Assembly: GCF_000092845.1 (NCBI RefSeq)
Contig: NC_014150.1
Coordinates: forward strand, 3,012,704-3,044,703
Direction of reading: 5' to 3'
Source of the DNA: Brachyspira murdochii DSM 12563
GTDB lineage: Bacteria; Spirochaetota; Brachyspiria; Brachyspirales; Brachyspiraceae
Length of the DNA: 32,000 nucleotides
Numbering within the stretch: position 1 is the first letter of the stretch; every line of letters starts with the position of its first letter. Of this stretch, positions 15,431 to 24,004 are shown piece by piece. Both the position numbers and the translations under genes were made by a program. The notes under the pieces are model-generated. The model saw only the letters and a list, made by a program, of their open reading frames with translations. It was not told the origin of the DNA and did no database searches.

Positions 15431-16615
15431 TTAAAAATACATCATACTATGATGATGAGTGCTGCTTAATCTGTTTATACAGTTTCGGTATTCTATTATA
15501 AGGCTTTTCATATCTGTTATATTAATATACCCGTCTGATGATACTGATACGCCTCTTACTCTGTTTAACTCTCTTTCTATAAGTTTTACATCTTTTATAT
15601 TCATTAGAGTTTTTATATCATTTAATGTATATAATAAACTCACAGAATTAACATCTTCTGGAAGTATCTCTGTTTTTAGTATATAATAAAGTGTTATAAG
15701 CAGTTTTGATAATATGTCATCTACACTAAGAACCATCATTTTTAATATAGTATTTCTTATTTTTACGCTCACCATTTTTATATAGTAAAGGTTTAGCTCA
15801 GGATCATGTTCTGTAATATTTACCAATTCTTTTTTGGTTAGTACCTTTATATAAGAATCTTCTAAAGCAACAGCACAAGTTGAAAGAGGCTGATACTGTA
15901 AAACAGGCTTGTATCCGTCTATCATACTGTTTTTTGAATAAATGGCTCTTGTAACTTGCCCTAAGTTTACTATGTTATATATTCCTATTTCTCCTGATTT
16001 TATAATATAAAGTTTATTTGTGTATTCCAATTCTGTATACAAACAATATCCTTTTTTATAATAGTATACATTATCATCATTTTTTTGCGGCTCTTCTATA
16101 GGAGTTATTTCTGATAGCTTGTCTTTTACATCATCAGCATTTTCTGGAAATAGTTTTCTATATTCATTATAAAGTTTGTATGCAATATGTTTAAATCCGT
16201 TTTTATTATAAACATCTGCCATATTCATTATTTCTTCTTTTGTTCTTATATGAGAAATTTCTTTGTTTTTTGATAGCTGCATATAATATCTTCCAAGCCA
16301 AGTTTCAAACGAAGCATCTAAATTTTCAGCTATTTTTATAATTAACTCCTCATTTTTTGTTTTTATAACTTCTGCTATATCCACTTCTATAGCCTCTACA
16401 TCTTCCATTGCTTTTACATTAAAGAAGTAAGGTTCATTTAATAAAATATTTACTAATCCTAAAATGTCGCCTTGTTTGAACTCTATGTTGTAGTAAAAAG
16501 TACCATATGATATGGCTTTGCCTTTTGTTATTATGTAAAATACATCTTTTGGAATTTGATCTTTAATATAAATAATAGTTGATTTTTTAAAATGAGCAGT
16601 ATTATATTTGTGCAT
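15431..16615 (-). CDS. Protein with two cyclic-nucleotide-binding-like (Crp/cNMP beta-roll) domains and no recognisable output domain.
   Basis: The 394-aa protein has two segments resembling cNMP-binding folds (VFYIITKGKAISY...GDILGLV and LYIIKSGEIGIYNIV...). I saw no HTH or enzymatic motif. Confidence 0.5.
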   Translation of the reverse strand: MHKYNTAHFKKSTIIYIKDQIPKDVFYIITKGKAISYGTFYYNIEFKQGDILGLVNILLNEPYFFNVKAMEDVEAIEVDIAEVIKTKNEELIIKIAENLDASFETWLGRYYMQLSKNKEISHIRTKEEIMNMADVYNKNGFKHIAYKLYNEYRKLFPENADDVKDKLSEITPIEEPQKNDDNVYYYKKGYCLYTELEYTNKLYIIKSGEIGIYNIVNLGQVTRAIYSKNSMIDGYKPVLQYQPLSTCAVALEDSYIKVLTKKELVNITEHDPELNLYYIKMVSVKIRNTILKMMVLSVDDILSKLLITLYYILKTEILPEDVNSVSLLYTLNDIKTLMNIKDVKLIERELNRVRGVSVSSDGYINITDMKSLIIEYRNCINRLSSTHHHSMMYF

Positions 16616-16686
16616 ATGTTTTATCCGTAGTTATATTATTTTATTCTAATTTATTATCATTATTAGTCAATATTAGTTTTTATTTT

Positions 16687-17265
16687 TTATTTGCCGTATT
16701 CAATTTTTTTATGAAAATCACAGTTTACAGAATGATCATTTATTATTCCGATAGCTTCTAAGTAGCTGTATATAATAATACTTCCTACAAATTTAAATCC
16801 TTTTTTTGATAAATCTTTGCTTATAGTATCAGACAATTCATTTCTTGCAGGAAGCATACTGTCATCATCTAATTTATTATCTATTTGTTTATTATTTGTA
16901 AAAGACCATATGTATTTATCAAAACTTCCATACTCTTTTTGAACTTCTATAAATTTTTGAGCATTTACTATAAGAGCATTAATTTTTCTCTTATTTCTTA
17001 TTATACCTTTATTATTTAATAGCTCTTCTATTTTTTTATCGTCATATTTAGCTATTTTTTTATAATCAAAATTATCAAATGCCTTTCTCATATTCTCACG
17101 CTTATTTAATATGCATCTCCAACTAAGACCTGCCTGCATACCTTCTAATATAAGCATTTCGAATAGTTTATTTTCATCATGGCATATTCTGCACCATTCT
17201 TCATTATGATATTTTATTTCTATATCTGTTTTAGCCCACTTGCAAATATTGTTAATATTGTTCAT
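16687..17265 (-). CDS. tag: DNA-3-methyladenine glycosylase I.
   Basis: The Tag pattern is present: C.W...YHNEEW...HDENKLFEMLILEGMQAGLSW, and a C-terminal HxxxC zinc site. Confidence 0.9.
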   Translation of the reverse strand: MNNINNICKWAKTDIEIKYHNEEWCRICHDENKLFEMLILEGMQAGLSWRCILNKRENMRKAFDNFDYKKIAKYDDKKIEELLNNKGIIRNKRKINALIVNAQKFIEVQKEYGSFDKYIWSFTNNKQIDNKLDDDSMLPARNELSDTISKDLSKKGFKFVGSIIIYSYLEAIGIINDHSVNCDFHKKIEYGK

Positions 17266-17291
17266 TTATTTTATACGTCCTAATTTTTTAT

Positions 17292-17786
17292 TTATTCTAT
17301 ATTAATACTGCATTCATCATTATCTATTTTTATGTTATATAATCCTTTTTTTAAAGTAGAAGAATAATTATCCTTTTGACCGAATATATTTACTATTTTC
17401 TCTCCGTTATACTCTATAACACACCAGTTTTTTATATCGTTTATGTTAATAAAATATTCATTGCCGCTTTTGCTTATCTCTATATTTTTATAAACATAAA
17501 TATCATTATTATTATCATCTCCTCTTGATGCCATAGGAGATATTCTGCTGAAATAAAGCATGTAATCTATTATCCCATCTTTTATGCTGATAACTGATTT
17601 TTTCTTTGATTCTATAAACATATTTGAATCTTCTATATTTTCCATAATAAACAAATCATTTTTTAAGCTGCTTACTTTTCTCTGAAGTTCTTCATCGGTT
17701 TGAAGAATATTTAAAAAGTTATCAGAAACTTTTATTCCATTAACATAGTTTATGATTTCTTCTTCTGTGTAATTATTTTTATCCAT
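17292..17786 (-). CDS. Hypothetical soluble protein; a possible anti-sigma or partner of the upstream sigma-like gene.
   Basis: The 164-aa ORF begins 16 nt after the sigma-like gene. The N-terminal segment EEIINYVNGIKVSDNFLNILQTDEELQRKV resembles anti-sigma N-terminal helices but has no Cys/His zinc site and no TM helix. Confidence 0.55.
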   Translation of the reverse strand: MDKNNYTEEEIINYVNGIKVSDNFLNILQTDEELQRKVSSLKNDLFIMENIEDSNMFIESKKKSVISIKDGIIDYMLYFSRISPMASRGDDNNNDIYVYKNIEISKSGNEYFININDIKNWCVIEYNGEKIVNIFGQKDNYSSTLKKGLYNIKIDNDECSINIE

Positions 17787-17802
17787 ATATTATCCCATAT
17801 TA

Positions 17803-18702
17803 TTACAGTAAATTTTTAAAATTTTCTTTTAAATCAGTTTTAATCTTATTAATTATTTTTGTTACTGTATTGCTTGTAATATTTAAAAGTTTTGCTATAA
17901 ACCCATAAGGTACATTTATTTTTATTTTGTGCAGCTTTTTTATATAATCTTGTTTTTTGCTTGCCAAATGCACAGTAAATATTCCTCTTTTATTATTTTC
18001 TTCTATCTGTGCATTAACTTTTGCTATTTTATCCTGCTGTTTTAATATATCATTATATTTATTTATATATGTTGCTCTTGCTTTTTCTATTATAGAATAT
18101 GCTTCTTCATAATCTATATTAAAATATTTCATTAATGGCGATATGATAAAGTTTATAAATAATTCAAGATTATGTATAAAGAATGCTAAAGAATCTCTGC
18201 TTTTAAACTCTTTTTCTATATAATTAAATATATTTAAAGCTATTGTTTCTATATTGCCGTCATCATTATAATTTTCAATATATTCATTTATAGAGTAGGA
18301 TTTTGTTTCATAAAGCACATCATGAAGAGTAATAGCCTCTCTTTCATATAATGACTTATATAAAGGAGCGTCCATTGATATTTCTTTTTTATTGTATTTT
18401 TCTTTTCTTTTTTTGAAGTCTAAAAAATTAATATAATGCGTTCTTAATGTATAGGTAAGCCAAGTAATAAATTTAGCATCAGTTTCATTGTATTTAAGTA
18501 TTATATTATCTATTCTTTCAATATAATATGAATAAAACTCCAAAGCCTTTTCATGATAAGCTCCGAAAACTTTTCTAGGGTAGTTATAAATATAATTTGA
18601 TAAATGTTCATTAATTTCTCTCAAAGCTATTATACTTTTTGTAGCTTTGTACTCAGAAATTTTCTTTTTTATAAACTCATCATCAATCATCTTCGTCCTC
18701 AT
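17803..18702 (-). CDS. Divergent sigma-70-family-like protein (regions 2 and 4) with a long insert.
   Basis: FITWLTYTLRTHYINFLDFKKRKE resembles ECF region 2.3/2.4 (F.TWL..I.RN...D..R). The C-terminal FIAKLLNITSNTVTKIINKIKTDLKE resembles the region 4.2 HTH. About 130 aa of unassigned sequence lies between them. The alternative ATG at 18690 gives an ATGATTGA overlap with the upstream stop. Confidence 0.55.
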   Translation of the reverse strand: MRTKMIDDEFIKKKISEYKATKSIIALREINEHLSNYIYNYPRKVFGAYHEKALEFYSYYIERIDNIILKYNETDAKFITWLTYTLRTHYINFLDFKKRKEKYNKKEISMDAPLYKSLYEREAITLHDVLYETKSYSINEYIENYNDDGNIETIALNIFNYIEKEFKSRDSLAFFIHNLELFINFIISPLMKYFNIDYEEAYSIIEKARATYINKYNDILKQQDKIAKVNAQIEENNKRGIFTVHLASKKQDYIKKLHKIKINVPYGFIAKLLNITSNTVTKIINKIKTDLKENFKNLL

Positions 18703-19144
18703 ACTTTAATATATTATAAAACATCTCTTTCATTTTCTCATCTTTTATATTTGCTTCTTTTATTACCTTATCCATCCATTCTTTATGTTCTTTAGTAGGT
18801 TCTTTACGTATATCAGATTTGTTATTTGAATTTTCAGCTGGTTTATTACTAATTTCTCCGATTCTAGTTTTTAATTCCGCTACTTCTATATTTGTTTCTT
18901 TTTTTATGTTTTTGAATATATTTGCTCTGTTCATAAATATTTCATTAGCCCATACACTATCTCTTACAGCAATAGTAAGAACTGCATTTCTAAAAAATAG
19001 AGGATAGCATATTTTGGATAAAACTTCTCCCATAATATCATTCCATTTTTGTGATATCTTGATATAGCTTGCTAAATTGATATTTTGATACAATTTATTA
19101 TCAGAGTATTCTTCTAATGTATTTTTAATAGTGTGCATATACAA
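18683..19144 (-). CDS. DUF721/DciA-like protein.
   Basis: The 153-aa protein has the pattern W..IMGEVLSKICYPLFFRNAVLTIAVRDSVWANEI, which matches the DUF721 core as I recall it. It has an acidic C-terminus. Confidence 0.5.
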   Translation of the reverse strand: MYMHTIKNTLEEYSDNKLYQNINLASYIKISQKWNDIMGEVLSKICYPLFFRNAVLTIAVRDSVWANEIFMNRANIFKNIKKETNIEVAELKTRIGEISNKPAENSNNKSDIRKEPTKEHKEWMDKVIKEANIKDEKMKEMFYNILKYEDEDD

Positions 19145-19188
19145 TAATCCTAATGATATTATAATACAATAATTTTTTATATAATCAA

Positions 19189-20139
19189 TTAATTATTAGT
19201 ATTATTTTGAATATTTGTAGATGATGCAGTATTAGTTGAAATATTATTTATATTATTTGTTATAATATTATTATTTGTGATTATAGAATTAGTTATTATA
19301 TTATTGGTATTGATTATGATATTGTTTGTATCTATTGTATTAGTATATATTTCGTTGGTATATATATTATCCATTTCTATTGGTTTAGCTTCAACATCTT
19401 CATCATAAGTGATATTTATATTTTGATTTGCAGATATATTTTTATTTTCTGCTGTTTCATTTACTTCAGTGTCTGTTTCAGTATTTTTTCCAGATATTCT
19501 GTTTATTATACCTTTAACTCTAACTATAGAATCTCCAAGACCTCTGTAATTAGGATTTACTTTATATGCTTCTTCGTATACATTTAAAGCAGAACTAAAA
19601 TTTCTGTCTCTTTCATAAGTAGCAGCGAGATTAACCATATAAACTACATTATTAGGGCTATATACAGTTGCTTTAAGAAAAGAAGATTCTGCCTGTTTAT
19701 AATCTTCTACATACAGATATAAAAGCCCTAAAAAATTATTCATATAAGCATCATTAGGGTCTAAACTTATAGAATATCTTATGGCTTCTATAGCTTTATT
19801 AGTATCCCCCAATTTATATAATGCATAACCTTTTTGAAAATGAAGTTTTGGCGAGAATCTATTAACGATTATTCCGCTTCTTGCTGTCTTAAGCATATTG
19901 GTATAATCTCTAAGATTCATATATGAGTTTGCAAGATTTTCAAAGTATTCTATTTTTAATATAGGGGAGTTTTCTATTTCATATTCAAATAGTTCAGCTG
20001 CTTTTTTATAGTTTTTAGCATTATAGTAACGGTATGCATTAGACAAATTTTTTCTATTATATTTAAATACTTCATTAGTCTGAGGGTATAATGATAATGT
20101 AATCAAAAGAAGAAGTATTAGTACTTTATTAATGTGCAT
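19189..20139 (-). CDS. Secreted TPR-repeat protein with an Asn/Ile/Thr-rich low-complexity tail.
   Basis: A signal peptide (MHINKVLILLLLITLSLYPQ) is present. Several TPR-like 34-aa units contain A..Y/F and P-N motifs. The last ~60 aa are almost only N, I and T. Confidence 0.75.
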   Translation of the reverse strand: MHINKVLILLLLITLSLYPQTNEVFKYNRKNLSNAYRYYNAKNYKKAAELFEYEIENSPILKIEYFENLANSYMNLRDYTNMLKTARSGIIVNRFSPKLHFQKGYALYKLGDTNKAIEAIRYSISLDPNDAYMNNFLGLLYLYVEDYKQAESSFLKATVYSPNNVVYMVNLAATYERDRNFSSALNVYEEAYKVNPNYRGLGDSIVRVKGIINRISGKNTETDTEVNETAENKNISANQNINITYDEDVEAKPIEMDNIYTNEIYTNTIDTNNIIINTNNIITNSIITNNNIITNNINNISTNTASSTNIQNNTNN

Positions 20140-20971
20140 CTTTTTTGAAACTTTGAAGTCTGAAATCGTTTATCATAGCATTAGCATAAGCTATAGTAGC
20201 ATCATACATTTCTTCTTTAGTTTTTCCTTTAAAAAATTTGTATACTCTAGGAGACTGAACATTCAAATAGTCTGGAAGTACTATTTCTCCGTCATTGCTT
20301 GCTTTTAGGGCCAATGATTTGATATTGTTCATTTTTTCAATAAAAGCATGGAGGAAAAAACCTGATTCTTTAAGTATAAATTGTTCAGCTCTGCTTGAGT
20401 TATCTCCATTGTTTAAAGCATAAACATAGTCAGCAAATATCTGAGGGACTTTTGTTTCTCCTACAGGTATAATAAATTTTTGGAATTGATTATCATAATC
20501 TTTAATAGCAGTTTCTACAACATAGTCGCTTGCAGGTCCGCAGCAGAAAAATCTGATAACAGAGAAACAGTTATATAATTCTTTAAAAGCACCGTATAAA
20601 TGTCTTATTTCATCATCAGCTTTAGAATGAATATCTTCTAAAGGATATTTTTCTGTTGCACTTCTAAATTTTTCTATCATATTATCAACTTTATTCATAA
20701 ATGAGTTTTCTTTGGCCTTTTCTTCTTCTGCTTTTTTTCTTTGGCGTTCTAATTCTCTGTCTCTCAAAGTAGTTTTTATGTCTTCTAGTATTTTTATTTC
20801 TACTATTAGAAAATTTGATAAATCTTGTCTGTTTTGTAAAGCTTCTCTGTATCTGTCATTAAAACTGCTTAGATTGTATATTTTATTGCCATATTTTTCA
20901 GCACCTTGTTCATATTCACGTCTTATTTTTGCCAAGGTGGCATTAATTTCTTTGTCGCTTAAACTCGCCAT
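20129..20971 (-). CDS. Hypothetical cytoplasmic protein with a coiled-coil N-terminal third.
   Basis: The 280-aa ORF has AGGAG 6 nt upstream of its ATG. Its stop overlaps the TPR gene start by 11 nt. I recognised no motif. Confidence 0.6.
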   Translation of the reverse strand: MASLSDKEINATLAKIRREYEQGAEKYGNKIYNLSSFNDRYREALQNRQDLSNFLIVEIKILEDIKTTLRDRELERQRKKAEEEKAKENSFMNKVDNMIEKFRSATEKYPLEDIHSKADDEIRHLYGAFKELYNCFSVIRFFCCGPASDYVVETAIKDYDNQFQKFIIPVGETKVPQIFADYVYALNNGDNSSRAEQFILKESGFFLHAFIEKMNNIKSLALKASNDGEIVLPDYLNVQSPRVYKFFKGKTKEEMYDATIAYANAMINDFRLQSFKKDAH

Positions 20972-21179
20972 TGCAGACTCCTTTAAAAATATTTCTAATT
21001 TGTCATTACAATATATCGAAAACTATTATGTAGTATATTATACAATTTTTAAAAAATAAATCTAGTATAAAAAAATATTATGCTTTATGTTTATTAATAT
21101 CATGCAATATTTTTTATCTTAAAAAGCAACGGTTTGTAGTCAAACATTATTTTTTCTGATTAAGTATTTGTATAAAAAA

Positions 21180-22449
21180 CTATTTATCTATCATTATATT
21201 TAGTATTTCAATATCTGTGCCTTTCATACCTTCTTTAGCCATTCTTCCTATGCTGTCAATAGTAGCTTCAATATTATCTTTTACAAGACCGTCTCCAGAT
21301 TTGAACACTTTTCCGTCTCTTGCTAAATTATAAGCAAGTATTCCGCAGTCAAGAGCCTCTGATATTTTTGAAGCACATGAAGATTTAGCACCATCACAAA
21401 CCATACCGCCTATAGTACATAAAGCATTTGTAATAGTATCGCAAATAATTTTGTAGTCAGCATTATTTAGGTATGCTATACCAGAAGCAGCACCGGTTGC
21501 AGCACAAACAACTCCGCAGAATGCTGAAAGTTTACCTATATGTTTTTTCTGAAGTATTGCAATCAAATTTGAAAGTACCAAAGCACGGTATAGTTTTTCT
21601 TCAGAGGCATTCATTTCTTTAGCATATATTATAACCGGTACAGATACAGTTATACCCTGATTTCCGCTTCCAGAGTTTGTAACTACTGGCATAGGACAGC
21701 CTCCCATTCTGGCATCAGAACCTGCAGAAGCATATGCTTTAGCTCTGTTGCGTACATCTTCACCATAATATTTTATCAATGTCTTTCCTACACCAGAACC
21801 GTAATCATTTTTTAATCCTTCTTCGGCTATTGCTGAGTTTAAATCAATTTGTCTTTTAATTGTTTCTCTAATATCTTCTATATTAACTTCATTTGCAAAG
21901 TTTAATATGTCTTTTATATTTAAAAGTTCTCTGTCATCATGTTCTTTTTGTTTTAAAGAATTATCAGCAGAGAATATTTCCTTACCATCTTTGATAATTT
22001 TTGTAATATTGGTATGAGCATTTTTTATTTCTACTAATGCAGAAGAATATTTGTATTTAGCTTCTATTATAATATGTAAATTTTCAGAACCTTCTATCAA
22101 ATCACATTGACAGAAATTATTACTTATAAGTTCTTTAGTTTTTTCTATATCTTCTTTTTTAATTGAGGATAAAACTTCAAGATTTTTATTAGCATCTCCT
22201 CCAACTATACCTAAAACAGCTGCTACATCAATACCTTTTAACCCCCCCTGAGTTTGGTACAGTAACACCTTTAACATTTTTAATAATATTACCGCTGCAT
22301 TTTACAGTTACAGAATCGGGCATATTTGCAAGTACTTCTCTTACCTTAGCACCAGCAAAAGCTATAGCTATAGGTTCAGTACAGCCTAATGCTGGTATTA
22401 GTTCTTCTTTTAAGATATTTATATAGCTGCTGTATAAAGTTTTATCCAT
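21180..22449 (-). pseudogene. cyuA: CyuA/YhaM (UPF0597) family L-cysteine desulfidase, interrupted by one extra base in a G7 run.
   Basis: The N-terminal piece contains LIPALGCTEPIAIAFAGA. The C-terminal piece contains SDARMGGCPMPVVTNSGSGNQGITVSVPV. The two frames meet at C7 (22242-22248). Deleting one base gives a continuous 422-aa ORF from the ATG at 22449, which is preceded by AAAGGA. Confidence 0.85.
22242..22248 (-). repeat. G7 homopolymer on the coding strand (C7 on the plus strand).
   Basis: Read directly from the sequence: ACCCCCCCTG at 22241-22250. Confidence 0.95.
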
Positions 22450-22683
22450 ATTATTTGTCCTTTCAATCAATGTGTTATGATTAGTATTATATTATTCTTT
22501 ATATTCAAAATCAATATTTTTTAATAAATTATTTATTTTAGTTTTCTAAAAAATTTACGATTTATTAAAATATACAATTTATTTTATTAAAATATTATTT
22601 TTTTTATAATACTATTATTTATACTATTGATTTTTTTTTATTTTATGATATTTATAACAGATAATTTTTGAGAGAATTAAATT

Positions 22684-23865
22684 ATGATACCTAGATTACA
22701 TTTAAAAATAGTCGCAAGATTCAGAGAAGTTTTCGGACATAAAGGCGATACAAAATTATACTTTGCACCCGGAAGAGTAACGATAATAGGTGAACTTATA
22801 GATTATTCCGGCGGAGATACTATAACTACTGCTGTAGACAGGGGTACTTATATAGTTGCAAGAAAAAGACCTGATAATAAAGTTAATATATATGCTCATT
22901 CTTTTAAAGCGAAAAAGTCATTTACTTTAGATGATTTAGAAAGAAATAAAGAAGATGAATGGGCTTTATATTTTAAAGGTGTTTTTTCCGTTCTTTTGGA
23001 AAAAGAGTACAAGATACATGGTATGGATATTTTTGTTTATACTGATTTGCCTTTTAATACATCTTTGGCATCTTCAAGTTCACTGTGTGCTTGTTTAACA
23101 TATGCTGCTTTGGATATTAATAACATAAAAGACACTGATGCTATAGAAATGGCTAAGCTTTCTTATGAGGCCGAAATAAAATATGCTTCTCATAGAACTT
23201 CTTTAAGCGATCATGTTACTATATTTATGTCTAAAGAAAATACATTGTTTTTCTTTAATATGAAAACACTTAAATACGAATATTTTGATTTTAATTTGGG
23301 CGACTATTGTATGGCTGTTGTAAATAGTAATAAGAAAAGAACTTCAAGCGACAGCGAATATAATGCCAGAAAAAGAGAATGCGAAAATGCATTAAAAAAA
23401 CTTAAAGATAAAAAGCCGAATTTAAAGTCTTTATCCGATTTAAAGCCTAAAGATGCTGATTTTATAAAAGAAACTCTTCAAAATAAAGAGCAGAGACGTG
23501 CTTTATACGTTTCAGCAGAGCAGGACAGAGTAAATCAGGCAGTAAAAGCTATTAAAAAAGGCTCTGTTAAAGATTTGGCTAATTTGATACTTAAAACTCA
23601 TGACGGATTGAGTAAATTATATGAAGTATCTACTGCTGAACTTGATATATTGGTTGAAGAATCCACTAATATGGACGGAGTTTTGGGGGCCAGAATGATA
23701 GGTACTGGATTTGGAGGCGGAGTTTTGTTATTTTTGAAGAAAACTGAAGTTGAAAATGTTATAGAAAATTTATATGCTCATTATAAAGAAAGAACAAGAA
23801 GAGATGCTGATGTTTATATATTAAAGCCTTCTAATGGTACAAGAGTTCTTCCTACTGAAGAATAA
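22684..23865 (+). CDS. Galactokinase-family (GHMP) sugar kinase with divergent signatures.
   Basis: The PGRVTIIGELIDYSGG motif corresponds to the galactokinase signature GRVNLIGEHTDY. GHMP motif II is degenerate (PFNTSLASSSS). Motif III is GTGFGGG. GAGAGA lies 8 nt upstream of the ATG. Confidence 0.75.
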   Translation: MIPRLHLKIVARFREVFGHKGDTKLYFAPGRVTIIGELIDYSGGDTITTAVDRGTYIVARKRPDNKVNIYAHSFKAKKSFTLDDLERNKEDEWALYFKGVFSVLLEKEYKIHGMDIFVYTDLPFNTSLASSSSLCACLTYAALDINNIKDTDAIEMAKLSYEAEIKYASHRTSLSDHVTIFMSKENTLFFFNMKTLKYEYFDFNLGDYCMAVVNSNKKRTSSDSEYNARKRECENALKKLKDKKPNLKSLSDLKPKDADFIKETLQNKEQRRALYVSAEQDRVNQAVKAIKKGSVKDLANLILKTHDGLSKLYEVSTAELDILVEESTNMDGVLGARMIGTGFGGGVLLFLKKTEVENVIENLYAHYKERTRRDADVYILKPSNGTRVLPTEE

Positions 23866-24004
23866 TTTCTTTAAGCGATTATAAATTTATATATTATTGT
23901 TTTATTAATAATTCAATATAGTAAAGTTTAAATTTATATATTAAATCTGTATATAACTTTTTTAATATATAGCATTTAATTATATTATAATAGGAAGTGA
24001 TTTT

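Noticed and set aside
21180-22470. Treating 22228..22470 and 21180..22277 as two independent genes.
   Set aside because: Together they reconstitute one colinear YhaM/CyuA-family protein. The 80-aa piece ends 4 codons after the homopolymer, and the long piece has no credible start or RBS of its own at 22277.
23884-23945. The direct repeat AAATTTATATATTA in the galK-prfB spacer, and similar short AT repeats in 22471-22683.
   Set aside because: They are short, AT-only and at the level expected by chance. They are not positioned relative to any clear promoter.
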